Counted from the stretch's first letter, positions 31,399 through 41,235 are shown. The stretch: 64,000 nt of DNA from Flavobacteriales bacterium (GCA_044371755.1 JBILSZ010000002.1:14383-78382), one strand, 5' to 3'. The notes: a model not told the origin generated them from the sequence alone. Numbers and translations are program-made.

Positions 31399-32574
31399 TC
31401 ACCCTCTCTTTTCTTTTGCAAATAGGTCGGGTCTCCATGATCGCAATCCAATAAATATTAGACCCAATACCATGGGAAGTGCCGCCAAATGCAGACGCTG
31501 TGGAAGAAAAAACCAACTTACGACCAAGATTATTAATAAAATAGTATTCCACTTGAAATAAGCCTGAACCCATGACCGCTTCCAAGAAACAAACACAAGA
31601 ATAAAATTTATTGGATTCGCCCAAAGTAAATTGAGATTCCACTTCGTCGCTGTGTGATCGGTAAAAAACCAAAGGAAAAAAACTAAGACCCCTACCAAAC
31701 CGACAAGCAACATGTGCAGTCGATCTACCGGTGTGTATTTTCGATACTTTCTAAATACAATCCCCCCGATGAGTATTTGTATAAATAACAATAAGCCAAA
31801 AACATTGATTGGTGTAATTAAAGAACGGTCTCCCAATTCATATTCGAAAGGCAACACTTCGGTTGCTGGGCTAGTCAAAACCCCATCTCCGTAAGACGCG
31901 TAGGTAAAGTCATTCATTAATGAGTCAGGTAAAAACATGACATCCTCTTTGCCCATCACTCTGTCGCAAGGTATTCCCAGAGCCAAATCAATTCCAAAAT
32001 CACTCCATGGCATGTGATCGAGATAGCGTTGGATGGCATCTCTAAAGGTCCACTCCTTGGCACTTACATAAGTAAATTCAACGCTGCGAGACGAAGAGCG
32101 ACGTATGATATCTCTTACTCTCGTAGCACAATTATCGTAGAAAAAATCATATCGATATGTTCTGTTCTGAGGCTCATAATTCTCTACGAGCAGTGCGAAT
32201 AATTTTCTTTTATCTTCTACCGTGAGCAGCAGTTCTTGCTCGTATATACCACGGCCAGTGTAAATATACTCCTGCTGAAAATTTCCAAAATCCTCTAGAG
32301 AAAGTTTGTAATCCAGTTTCCCTTGAGCGAACTTCCAGTAGAAATCATCTGAGAATTCAAAAGTGCCGTAGTTAAAAACCCAATCCACCCAACGTCCATT
32401 CAGCGAATCCTCATAGCGGATTGCGGTATGACCGAAGATGCTATATAAATCGGGACCGCTAGTGCAACTGAGCAATGTAAAACGTGCATTTGGCGAGGCT
32501 ATATATTGTTTATTGTCTTGCGTTAAACCCGCACTCGCCACGAAAAGGCTTAAAAAGATTAGAATGTTTTTCAT
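31399..32574 (-). CDS. DUF4105 / Lnb-family protein (candidate Bacteroidota lipoprotein N-acyltransferase)
   Basis: 391 aa with a signal peptide and a periplasmic domain carrying the SGPDLYSIFGHTAIRYED motif typical of DUF4105. The C-terminal polytopic membrane domain is W/F-rich. Confidence 0.6.
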   Translation of the reverse strand: MKNILIFLSLFVASAGLTQDNKQYIASPNARFTLLSCTSGPDLYSIFGHTAIRYEDSLNGRWVDWVFNYGTFEFSDDFYWKFAQGKLDYKLSLEDFGNFQQEYIYTGRGIYEQELLLTVEDKRKLFALLVENYEPQNRTYRYDFFYDNCATRVRDIIRRSSSRSVEFTYVSAKEWTFRDAIQRYLDHMPWSDFGIDLALGIPCDRVMGKEDVMFLPDSLMNDFTYASYGDGVLTSPATEVLPFEYELGDRSLITPINVFGLLLFIQILIGGIVFRKYRKYTPVDRLHMLLVGLVGVLVFFLWFFTDHTATKWNLNLLWANPINFILVFVSWKRSWVQAYFKWNTILLIILVVSWFFLPQRLHLAALPMVLGLIFIGLRSWRPDLFAKEKRG

Positions 32575-33356
32575 AAAATATCTATCGTTCCAGAAAAAAC
32601 CGACATTGCAGGTCCTTTCAGGAATATATTAAAAAACTCATTGTTATTGTTCACTTCAAAACTCACGGATAGCTCACCGCCCCTTGTGTCGACCTTCACC
32701 TCATTGTGAAGATTATTTATTTTAGCGAAAACCAAAGCAGCAGCAGTTACGCCTGTGCCACAGCTCAAGGTTTCAGCTTCTACTCCTCTTTCGAAGGTGC
32801 GCATCCGAATGCTTTGAGATGATAGTTGTTCGATAAAATTGACATTCGTTCCACAGGGAGCAAAATCTTCATGATGCCTCAGGGGAAGGGCCGCTTTAAC
32901 TAAATCCAACTTTTCCACGTCTGAAACCAGCGCCACATAGTGAGGACTTCCTGTATTTAAATAAAAAGCATGCTCAGCCTTTTGGATGATCTCATGAATG
33001 TTTTTCATTTTAACGCCAATCGTGTTCTGAGTAAGATAAGCCTCATGAGGACCGTCAATGGCGAAAAAGCGACAATTATCTTTAATCATTCCTAGAGAAG
33101 CAGCAAAATGCACCGCACAGCGACTGCCGTTTCCACAAAAACTACTGCTGCCATCGGGGTTGTAAAAATTCATATAAAAATCCTCCCCGTCATTCTGTGC
33201 TGGCTCTATCAGGATAAGTCCGTCTGATCCGATGCCAAAATGCCTGTCACAAAGCGCGACTATTTGGGAGGTTTGAAGCCGGTACTTCATTTCGCGATTG
33301 TCCACTACGATGAAGTCATTTCCGGTGCCCTGATATTTTGTAAAGTGAATCTTCAC
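32571..33356 (-). CDS. dapF: diaminopimelate epimerase (GTG start)
   Basis: 261 aa with FTKYQGTGNDFIVVDN, the active-site Cys motifs NPDGSSSFCGNGSRC and ETLSCGTGVTAAA. Confidence 0.93.
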   Translation of the reverse strand: MKIHFTKYQGTGNDFIVVDNREMKYRLQTSQIVALCDRHFGIGSDGLILIEPAQNDGEDFYMNFYNPDGSSSFCGNGSRCAVHFAASLGMIKDNCRFFAIDGPHEAYLTQNTIGVKMKNIHEIIQKAEHAFYLNTGSPHYVALVSDVEKLDLVKAALPLRHHEDFAPCGTNVNFIEQLSSQSIRMRTFERGVEAETLSCGTGVTAAALVFAKINNLHNEVKVDTRGGELSVSFEVNNNNEFFNIFLKGPAMSVFSGTIDIL

Positions 33357-33360
33357 CCTG

Positions 33361-33368
33361 CAAAGATA
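33361..33368 (-). promoter_or_regulatory. TAnnTTTG -7 box immediately upstream of the dapF GTG
   Basis: The minus strand reads TATCTTTGcaggGTGaag. Only 4 nt separate the box from the start codon. Confidence 0.4.
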
Positions 33369-33423
33369 GTCACCAAAACGACAGGATTTCCGCGCTATAT
33401 TCGCCCGTAGAATTTAGGATGAC

Positions 33424-35508
33424 ATGTCGACATTAGAAAAAACCGATTCGGCCAAGCAGGGTCAGCTCAGCAGCGAATTATTGCTCAAGGCATTCAGGCT
33501 GATGGCCACTGCCCGCAATCTCTCTGATATCTATGAGGAAAATGCCAAAGTCACTTCAAAATATGTACACGCAACCTCTCGTGGTCATGAGGCTTGCCAA
33601 TTAGCACTTGGTCTGCAATTGAAACCTCAGGATTATCTCAGTGCTTACTATCGCGATGACAGCATTTTATTGGGTATGGGAATTACCCCTTACGAGCTCA
33701 TGCTTCAATTGATGGCCAAGCGTGAGGATATCTTCAGCGGTGGACGCACGTATTATTCGCATCCTTCGCTCAAGCGTGATAATATGCCCAAAATCCCTCA
33801 CCAATCCAGCGCTACAGGTATGCAAGCCATTCCTGCCACTGGTATTGCGATGGGATTGCAATACCTCGAAAAACAAGGGCTAAGTAGCTTCGCCACTAAT
33901 GATGAAAGACCTCTTGTGGTTTGTTCAATTGGAGACGCAGCTATGACCGAAGGGGAAGTGAGTGAAGCTTTTCATATGGCCACGTTAAAACAAATGCCCA
34001 TCGTGTTTTTCGTTCAAGACAATGAATGGGATATCAGCGCTCACTCAAGTGAAATAAGATTCGGAGATGCAGTCACTTATTCACGTGCGTTTCCAGGGCT
34101 AAAAGTAAAATCCATCGATGGCACCGATTTTCTAGCCTCTTATAATACAATAAAGGAAGTCTTTGAAGATGTGCGCAGATCGCGCAGGCCGTGGCTTATT
34201 CACTGCAAAGTACCGTTGCTCGGACATCACACGAGCGGCGTGCGCAAAGAGTGGTATCGCGATGATTTGGAGGCTGCACAAAAAAGAGATCCACTTCCAA
34301 AGTTTATGAAACAATTGGAAAGCCTTGGGTTTGCAGAAACTTCTCTCAAGGAGATTTTTAATGAAATGCGCAATGAAGTCGAGAGTGCATATCAGCAAGC
34401 GCTTCAAGCAGAGGATCCTCGTCCGGAAGATTTACTACTTCACGACTATGCGCCTACACCCATTACGGAAGAAAAAGGAGAAAGAGAGCCAGCAGGTAAA
34501 CAACCTACTGTGATGGTGGACAGCGCACTTTTCGCAATGCAAGAAATTCTTGCCAAACATCCCGAGGCTTTGCTTTATGGCCAAGATGTGGGACGCAGGC
34601 TCGGCGGTGTATTCCGCGAAGCGGCAACTTTAGCAGAAAAATTTGGCGATAATCGCGTATTCAATACTCCTATACAAGAAGCATTCATTATTGGAAGCAC
34701 AGTCGGTATGAGCGCTGCCGGATGCAAGCCTATAGTAGAAGTTCAGTTTGCAGACTATATCTGGCCAGGTCTCAACCAATTGTTTACCGAGGCTGCCAGA
34801 AGTTATTATCTAAGCAATGGTAAATGGAATGTGAGTTGTGTGATACGTGTTCCCATTGGAGCCTACGGCAGTGGTGGGCCTTATCACAGCAGCAGCGTAG
34901 AAAGTGTATTGTCCAACATTAGAGGAATCAAAGTAGCATACCCAAGCACCGGTGCCGATTTAAAAGGCCTTCTCAAAGCTGCCTATTATGACCCAAATCC
35001 TGTAGTGATGCTCGAACACAAAGGCCTCTACTGGAGTAAAGTGAAAGGCACCGAAGATGCACGCACCATCGAACCAGATGAAGACTATGTAATTCCATTT
35101 GGTAAAGCACGCACTGTGACATCAGCCACCAGCACAGAAGAAAAAGTGGCTGTCATTACTTATGGAATGGGCGTGTATTGGGCGAAGGGAGCTGCCGAAG
35201 CCTTCCCAGGACAAATTGAAATCATTGACCTTCGCACCATCGTTCCTGTAGATTATGAGGCCATATTCGTAGCCGTAGAAAAATGTAACAGATGTCTCGT
35301 ACTCACTGAAGAACCTGCCAACAATAGCTTTGCACAAGCGATCGCAGGAAAAATCAATGAGCATTGTTTCAAATACCTAGACGCACCCGTTATAACATAC
35401 GGTTCTGTGAATGTGCCAGCTATTCCACTCAATAGCACACTCGAACAAACCATGCTGCCAAATGCAGAAAAAGTAAAAACCAAGTTGGCAGAATTGTTGA
35501 ATTATTAA
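33424..35508 (+). CDS. fused alpha/beta E1 component of a 2-oxoacid (branched-chain/pyruvate-type) dehydrogenase
   Basis: 694 aa. The N-terminal half has a ThDP-binding E1-alpha motif (GDAAMTEGEVSEAFHMA...FFVQDNEW). The C-terminal half has transketolase-like pyrimidine-binding and C-terminal domains (NTPIQEAFIIGSTVGMS, RVPIGAYGSGGPYHS). Confidence 0.85.
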   Translation: MSTLEKTDSAKQGQLSSELLLKAFRLMATARNLSDIYEENAKVTSKYVHATSRGHEACQLALGLQLKPQDYLSAYYRDDSILLGMGITPYELMLQLMAKREDIFSGGRTYYSHPSLKRDNMPKIPHQSSATGMQAIPATGIAMGLQYLEKQGLSSFATNDERPLVVCSIGDAAMTEGEVSEAFHMATLKQMPIVFFVQDNEWDISAHSSEIRFGDAVTYSRAFPGLKVKSIDGTDFLASYNTIKEVFEDVRRSRRPWLIHCKVPLLGHHTSGVRKEWYRDDLEAAQKRDPLPKFMKQLESLGFAETSLKEIFNEMRNEVESAYQQALQAEDPRPEDLLLHDYAPTPITEEKGEREPAGKQPTVMVDSALFAMQEILAKHPEALLYGQDVGRRLGGVFREAATLAEKFGDNRVFNTPIQEAFIIGSTVGMSAAGCKPIVEVQFADYIWPGLNQLFTEAARSYYLSNGKWNVSCVIRVPIGAYGSGGPYHSSSVESVLSNIRGIKVAYPSTGADLKGLLKAAYYDPNPVVMLEHKGLYWSKVKGTEDARTIEPDEDYVIPFGKARTVTSATSTEEKVAVITYGMGVYWAKGAAEAFPGQIEIIDLRTIVPVDYEAIFVAVEKCNRCLVLTEEPANNSFAQAIAGKINEHCFKYLDAPVITYGSVNVPAIPLNSTLEQTMLPNAEKVKTKLAELLNY

Positions 35509-35529
35509 ACCCCTAAAACAAATTATACC

Positions 35530-36201
35530 ATGTGTAAAAAATTCACTCTAGCACTCATCGCAATTGCCTGCACTATTAGCTCCATTGCACAATCATTTGA
35601 AGGAAAGATGACTGCCAAAATCATTCCGCTGAAAGTTCCTGCAGAAATGGAAGGAATGAAAGCAATGTTCAACCAAGACATTACTACCTACGTCAAAGGC
35701 GCCAAATCAAAAGCTGAAATAAAAAGTGCTATGGGCACACAAACTATCATCTTTGATTCGATTGCCAAAGAAGTAACGATACTCACGGATATGATGGGGC
35801 AAAAATTTGCCATGACTCAAAAAGTAGAAAGTTCTGCTGAAGCCAATTCAAGTGGTTTCGACCTCAGTAATGCCAAAGTGGAAAAGACAAGTGAAACAAA
35901 GAAAATCGCTGGATACAACTGTAAGAAGGCAATTGCTACCATGACAGATGAGGAAACCAAAGAAAACATGAAAGTAGAGTTCTGGTATACAGAAGAGATA
36001 GACGCCGCGATGTCTGGATTACCCTTCAAGGGCACCATGATGGAGTATGTAATGAACATAGAAGGAATGGAGTTGCAATTCACCATCACAGGCATCAACA
36101 AAGAATCAGTTTCTTCATCTGTATTTAACATCCCTGATGGCTACCAAGTCATGACACCTGAACAAATGCAAGGCATGATGCCTACCATGGGAAATGAATA
36201 A
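35530..36201 (+). CDS. DUF4412-like secreted/lipoprotein
   Basis: 223 aa with signal peptide MCKKFTLALIAIACTISSIAQ. The Met-rich beta-protein pattern includes ...KKIAGYNCKKA..., as in DUF4412 proteins. Confidence 0.45.
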   Translation: MCKKFTLALIAIACTISSIAQSFEGKMTAKIIPLKVPAEMEGMKAMFNQDITTYVKGAKSKAEIKSAMGTQTIIFDSIAKEVTILTDMMGQKFAMTQKVESSAEANSSGFDLSNAKVEKTSETKKIAGYNCKKAIATMTDEETKENMKVEFWYTEEIDAAMSGLPFKGTMMEYVMNIEGMELQFTITGINKESVSSSVFNIPDGYQVMTPEQMQGMMPTMGNE

Positions 36202-36204
36202 AAG

Positions 36205-36690
36205 ATGAAAAAGTCTTCTTTAATTCTAATTATTGTGCTTGTAACAATTGGTGGATTTTTTTTCTACCGATACAATGTGGCACACGACGTGAAGCTTTCG
36301 GGCATTCAAGTTATTAAAAATGGCGAAGCCACAGCACTTGAAAAGAAAGTGACTCTGCCAGCCATTGTACATTTCTACGCGGCTTGGTGTGGGCCTTGCA
36401 TGAAAGAAATGCCCGAAATTATTTCATTCGCCGAAGGCAATAAAGGTCGATTCAATGTGGTGTTTGTAACAGACGACACACCCGAAATCATAGAAATAAC
36501 AGCCCTTCGCTTCAATACTACAACAGAGCGTTTTTTTCAAACACCATCATTAAAAGAAAACAATATTTACAGCATTCCTGTTACTTACTTCACCAACACT
36601 AAAGGAGAAATTGCCCATAGCATTCTTGGCGAATGCGAATGGACAAATCCTTCATTTATAAAAGAAGTAGAACAATATTTAAATCAATAA
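36205..36690 (+). CDS. membrane-anchored TlpA/ResA-like thioredoxin
   Basis: 161 aa with an N-terminal TM helix and FYAAWCGPCMKEMPE (WCxxC). Confidence 0.8.
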   Translation: MKKSSLILIIVLVTIGGFFFYRYNVAHDVKLSGIQVIKNGEATALEKKVTLPAIVHFYAAWCGPCMKEMPEIISFAEGNKGRFNVVFVTDDTPEIIEITALRFNTTTERFFQTPSLKENNIYSIPVTYFTNTKGEIAHSILGECEWTNPSFIKEVEQYLNQ

Positions 36691-36694
36691 TAAA

Positions 36695-36994
36695 ATGAGC
36701 GATCAGTTTAACGGAGTTTCTAAAATTACAACCATCATTGATGATACTGAATTTAATTTTGAGTTGCCAGCAGATGGTGACAGTATTTTGAACGGTGCAC
36801 TAAATATTGGTGTTGACGCCCCGTACTCATGCAAGGGTGGAATTTGCACTTCGTGCAAAGCCAAAGTCATCGAGGGCGAAGTACACATGACGGTAAACTA
36901 TGCTCTCACAGACAAAGAGTTGAAGCAAGGATATATCCTAGCCTGTCAGTCACATCCGCGTAGCGAAAAAGTTAAAATATCGTGGGACGTTTGA
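36695..36994 (+). CDS. plant-type [2Fe-2S] ferredoxin
   Basis: 99 aa with Cys ligand pattern C-x4-C-x2-C ... C (SCKGGICTSCKAKV ... ILACQS). Confidence 0.85.
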   Translation: MSDQFNGVSKITTIIDDTEFNFELPADGDSILNGALNIGVDAPYSCKGGICTSCKAKVIEGEVHMTVNYALTDKELKQGYILACQSHPRSEKVKISWDV

Positions 36995-37530
36995 TGAATA
37001 AATGTTTGAGCATTCTCATTGCATTTCTTGTGACTCACTTTGAAGTTTCAAGTCAAAATCTCCAGGTGAAACAGGGCAATATTTCATTTGAGTCCAATGC
37101 AGAATTAGAAATTATAAAAGCCTCTTCAAATAAATTGAAGGGGCTTTTTAATGCTGCAACTAAGAACTTTGCTTTTACTATAGAAATCGGCACTTTCGAA
37201 GGTTTCAACAGCGCACTTCAAAAAGAACATTTCAATGAAAATTACATGGAAACCGCTGCCTTTCCTAAGGCAAGTTTTTCGGGTAAAATTCTAGACACTT
37301 TTGATCCTACCAAAGACAAACAAACCATCCGCGCTAAAGGAAAACTTGATGTTCACGGAGTAATAAAAGAACGAATACTCGAAATTGAGTTTACAAAAAA
37401 AAATTCTGAGTATTCCATCGCAACCAATTTCAACATTTTGCTCGAAGATCACGGTATCACTATTCCGCGGATCGTAAATCAAAAAATATCGCCTACCATT
37501 GCAGTAGCTGTTGTCGGTGTATTAAAATGA
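36994..37530 (+). CDS. YceI-family (polyisoprenoid-binding lipocalin-like) protein, paralog 1
   Basis: The start ATG overlaps the ferredoxin stop (TGATG) and is followed by a signal peptide. It shares the motif Q.EHFNENY.E...FPKA.F.GK and HGV.K with the paralog at 42747. Confidence 0.7.
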   Translation: MNKCLSILIAFLVTHFEVSSQNLQVKQGNISFESNAELEIIKASSNKLKGLFNAATKNFAFTIEIGTFEGFNSALQKEHFNENYMETAAFPKASFSGKILDTFDPTKDKQTIRAKGKLDVHGVIKERILEIEFTKKNSEYSIATNFNILLEDHGITIPRIVNQKISPTIAVAVVGVLK

Positions 37531-37531
37531 A

Positions 37532-40390
37532 ATGACACGATTTCTTCTCATAGCTTTCACCTTCTTCTTCTGTTCAATCGCACAGGCCCAACAACCCTAT
37601 TTTTCTAAATTAAACATCAACTATCAAAGCAGTGGAATCAAATTTCAAAAAATCTACGAGGATCCAACTGGCATCCTTTGGATAGGTACCAATGAGGGCA
37701 TTATACGCTTCAACGGAAAGACATCAAAACTCATTAGACTCCCGCAACAAAACGGACATCGCATCACTGCAATTGTCGGTAATGAGTCTTACATCTTTGC
37801 TTCGGATCATAAAGGGGTTTTATACAAAATTAATACGCATCTCAACTACACTGTTGAACATACAGCGTATAATGAAGACGCTATCACTGCGCTTTATATC
37901 TCCAAAAAAAATCTCCTTGTAGGTACTGCCTCCTCTGGGATATTAATCTATGCTGACTTCAAGTTCCAACGAGTGCTTGATGCCTCCAATATTCTTGCAG
38001 ATAATGCCATCCACTTTATCAAACCTTCCAATAACTACATCGCAATAGGCACCGACGCGGGCATTCACTTTCTAGATAAAGATTTTCAAATTTATAAGCT
38101 CTTAACTGCTGAGCAAGGGCTTTCGGACAACCTCATCTACGCTGCCCACAGCGATGCTCAAGATTTGGTGGTCGGAACACATAATGGCGAACTAAATCAA
38201 ATCGATCCATCTTTAAAAATAGATGTCACTTCATTTCCCGCCTCAGATCAACCCATAAGATTTATCCTTAAAAAAAATCAAGAGTGGATAATCATCAGCG
38301 ACTATGGCAATTTGCAAATAGCTACGCAAGACTTTACGAGTGTATATGAATCGAAATATACACAGCTGGAATCCTTTTCAACCAACTATGAAGTGACAGA
38401 TGCAATCATTGATAAAGAAGGAAATCTTATTATCTGCCAAAATACGGATCAAATTCTCCTTGCGGATCTCCAATTTCTGTACACAGCACAGCACGAAGAT
38501 GTAAGTTTCGAAAATATCTCAGCTATACATCATGACCTCAATAGCCGCTTGTGGCTTGCAACAAAACAAGGATTGTGCTTTCACTCCGACCAGTTTATTC
38601 CCGGTAATAAACTTCAATTTGTGTTTAAAGCTAGTAAAGATCCGAAAACACAAATTATTTGTATTCGGGAGCGCAGTGATGGAAAAATATGGTTCGGCAT
38701 GTATGGCGCTGGATTGGGAATCTACGACCCCAAAACAAACACAAACTCCACGATACTCAATCAAGCCGATCTAAGTGATGGAAACATATTTTCTATCTGT
38801 GAAATCAATGATGAAATGTGGCTTGCAACGCTCAATGGTGTTTTCATCACGAAAGAAATCAACGGCAGAATTGTGTTTGAAAAAAATGAAGCCATCAACG
38901 CATATTCAAGATTTATATATCGAATATTTAAAGATCGAGAAGGCCGTATTTGGCTCGCTACCGATGGAAAAGGTGCAGCATACTATACCGACCAAAAAAT
39001 AAATCCAATATTCGATACGTCTGAGAGTATCATCGATGTCACCCAAGATCGCGATGGAAATATTTGGTTTTTAAACTCAGAAAATGAAATAATCATTTGG
39101 AATAATCAAATCATCTTTCGTCAAAAACTGCGCGTGCAGAGAGGATTTGCTCATATCCTAGCCATAGAGGCCGATTTAAATGGAAAAGTAACCATATTGG
39201 CACAAGAAGGTATTTTTAGCCTGGATTCAAAAGGAAACAACCAGCTTTTTTTTCCAGCAAAAAATCGAATCAACTCGAACTACCTTGACATTATTACCAA
39301 CGATGAAAACTACCAATGGTTTGCTTTGGATAATGCTCTGGTACGCTTTGAAAGTGAAAACAACTCTAATCGCACTCAACCTCAGCCCATCATCGACCAT
39401 ATGTTTGTGGCCTTTCAACCCATAGACACGCTTACGCACAAATTCTCCTATCGCGACAATCATTTTACATTTCAAATATCAGCCCTCTGGTTTAAACAAT
39501 TAGAAGATCTCGACTTTAGATATCGGCTCTTTGGACTTGATACTGCTTGGGTACAAACGAGTGATGCCGAAATTGTCTTTCCCAAACTAAGCCCCGGCGA
39601 ATATAGATTTGAATTGCAAGCAGCGGTTAATGATCAGTGGACCAACTGCGAAACGGCATCCTATTTTTTTCAAATCAAAAAACCAATTTGGCAACAATGG
39701 TGGTTCATTATTATTGGCTTAATACTGGCTATAAGCATCGTTGGATATAGTGTTACCTACCGAATAAAAATACGTGAATCTAAATTGGCTTTGCGTCAAG
39801 AACAAACGCAAGTGCAGCTAGATACCTTGCGCAATCAAATTAATCCACACTTTCTTTTCAATTCTTTTAATGCACTCATCAACGCCATTCACCAAGATAA
39901 GGAGGTGGCGGTAGATTATGTGGAAAAATTGAGTGACTATTATCGCCAAATATTGGAAAATCAAACCAAACAGGTAATACTTCTCAGTGAAGAACTTGAT
40001 TTGGTTAATAATTATTTATTCCTTCAAAAACAGCGATTCGCAGATAACTTGATTACCTCAATCACTCTTGATAATGAAGTTTTAAAAACTTGTATCCCCC
40101 CGATGACGCTACAATTGCTCGTCGAAAATGCCATTAAGCACAATAGTATTTCTAAGTCCTCTCCGCTAAGAATCGAAATTTTCAATCAAGAAAATCAGCT
40201 TTTTGTAAAAAATATAATAAGCCCGAAAATCCACCCTGAAAAAAGTACAGGTGTAGGCCTACAAAATATCAAAAGTCGTTATTCACTATTATTTTCAAAG
40301 CAAATAAAAGTCTCAAAAAGCGATACACATTTTGAAGTAATATTACCCATTATTGATAGTACCCAAGGCCATGCACATATTGATCATTGA
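37532..40390 (+). CDS. sensor histidine kinase: periplasmic double beta-propeller (two-component regulator propeller / Y_Y_Y type) fused to a LytS-type kinase
   Basis: 952 aa with a signal peptide and repeated propeller motifs (ILWIGTNEGI, RLWLATKQGL, KIWFGMYGAGL, EMWLATLNGV, RIWLATDGKG, NIWFL). These are followed by a TM helix (WWFIIIGLILAISIVGYSV), the His_kinase motif LRNQINPHFLFNSFNAL and the ATPase N-box LVENAIKHN. Confidence 0.85.
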   Translation: MTRFLLIAFTFFFCSIAQAQQPYFSKLNINYQSSGIKFQKIYEDPTGILWIGTNEGIIRFNGKTSKLIRLPQQNGHRITAIVGNESYIFASDHKGVLYKINTHLNYTVEHTAYNEDAITALYISKKNLLVGTASSGILIYADFKFQRVLDASNILADNAIHFIKPSNNYIAIGTDAGIHFLDKDFQIYKLLTAEQGLSDNLIYAAHSDAQDLVVGTHNGELNQIDPSLKIDVTSFPASDQPIRFILKKNQEWIIISDYGNLQIATQDFTSVYESKYTQLESFSTNYEVTDAIIDKEGNLIICQNTDQILLADLQFLYTAQHEDVSFENISAIHHDLNSRLWLATKQGLCFHSDQFIPGNKLQFVFKASKDPKTQIICIRERSDGKIWFGMYGAGLGIYDPKTNTNSTILNQADLSDGNIFSICEINDEMWLATLNGVFITKEINGRIVFEKNEAINAYSRFIYRIFKDREGRIWLATDGKGAAYYTDQKINPIFDTSESIIDVTQDRDGNIWFLNSENEIIIWNNQIIFRQKLRVQRGFAHILAIEADLNGKVTILAQEGIFSLDSKGNNQLFFPAKNRINSNYLDIITNDENYQWFALDNALVRFESENNSNRTQPQPIIDHMFVAFQPIDTLTHKFSYRDNHFTFQISALWFKQLEDLDFRYRLFGLDTAWVQTSDAEIVFPKLSPGEYRFELQAAVNDQWTNCETASYFFQIKKPIWQQWWFIIIGLILAISIVGYSVTYRIKIRESKLALRQEQTQVQLDTLRNQINPHFLFNSFNALINAIHQDKEVAVDYVEKLSDYYRQILENQTKQVILLSEELDLVNNYLFLQKQRFADNLITSITLDNEVLKTCIPPMTLQLLVENAIKHNSISKSSPLRIEIFNQENQLFVKNIISPKIHPEKSTGVGLQNIKSRYSLLFSKQIKVSKSDTHFEVILPIIDSTQGHAHIDH

Positions 40391-41132
40391 AGATGAACCA
40401 GCGGCCTCTGACCATCTCAAAAGGCTCATTCAACAAAGCATACCCGAGGCCCTTATTCTCGATGTTTTAGATACTGTGGAATCAGCTATCTCTTGGCTTG
40501 AATCACATGATGAACCCCACGTGATCTTTACAGATGTGCAATTAGGAGACGGGGTTTGTTTTGATATTTTTAAAAAACACCAACCCAAGTGTCCTATTAT
40601 TTTTACTACAGCTTATAATGAGTATGCCATTCATGCATTCAAAGTGAATGCAATCGACTATTTGCTAAAACCAATTAAAAAACAAGAGTTTTCAGAAACC
40701 TTGGATCGACTTCAGAGGCTTATATCTGAAAAGATGACGATCATCAATTTTGAGCAGTTAAGTAGTGTATATGAGGAAACTAAGGAGAAATACAAACATC
40801 GCTATGTAATCCGCTTCGGAGAACAAATGCGCACTATCACCTCTTCTGATATCGCCTATGTTTATACGCTTCAAAAAGGGGTTTTCGCGACCACCAATGA
40901 AGGCCGATCCTATGCTCTCGATAAGAGTCTCGAGCAAATGGAACAAGAATTAGATCCACACTATTTTTTTAGAATCAATAGGCAATTTATTATACACATT
41001 GATTCGATAGGTAAAATGCAAATCGTTTCAAAATCACGCGTCAAAATTGACCTCACACCTCCTTTCCAAGAGGGCGACGTCATTGTAAGCACCGAAAAGT
41101 CTCCCATTTTCAAAGCTTGGTTGAAGAGATGA
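40371..41132 (+). CDS. LytTR-family response regulator
   Basis: Starts MHILIIEDEP (receiver domain, phospho-acceptor DVQLGD). The C-terminal LytTR DNA-binding domain has FFRINRQFIIHI. It overlaps the kinase gene by 20 nt. Confidence 0.88.
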   Translation: MHILIIEDEPAASDHLKRLIQQSIPEALILDVLDTVESAISWLESHDEPHVIFTDVQLGDGVCFDIFKKHQPKCPIIFTTAYNEYAIHAFKVNAIDYLLKPIKKQEFSETLDRLQRLISEKMTIINFEQLSSVYEETKEKYKHRYVIRFGEQMRTITSSDIAYVYTLQKGVFATTNEGRSYALDKSLEQMEQELDPHYFFRINRQFIIHIDSIGKMQIVSKSRVKIDLTPPFQEGDVIVSTEKSPIFKAWLKR

Positions 41133-41235
41133 GGCAATTCTCCCGATCGGAGGTTCCATTTTCCCGTTCAGCATCTTACATTTTATAATGTAAAATCTAA
41201 AGCGGATGTTTGCGTTGTCAAATCACAACAGCGCC

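Noticed and set aside
31388-31672. 94-aa minus-strand ORF overlapping the 3' end of the DUF4105 gene in another frame.
   Set aside because: The DUF4105 frame continues as a coherent membrane domain to 31399. The alternative ORF has no start context and no motif.
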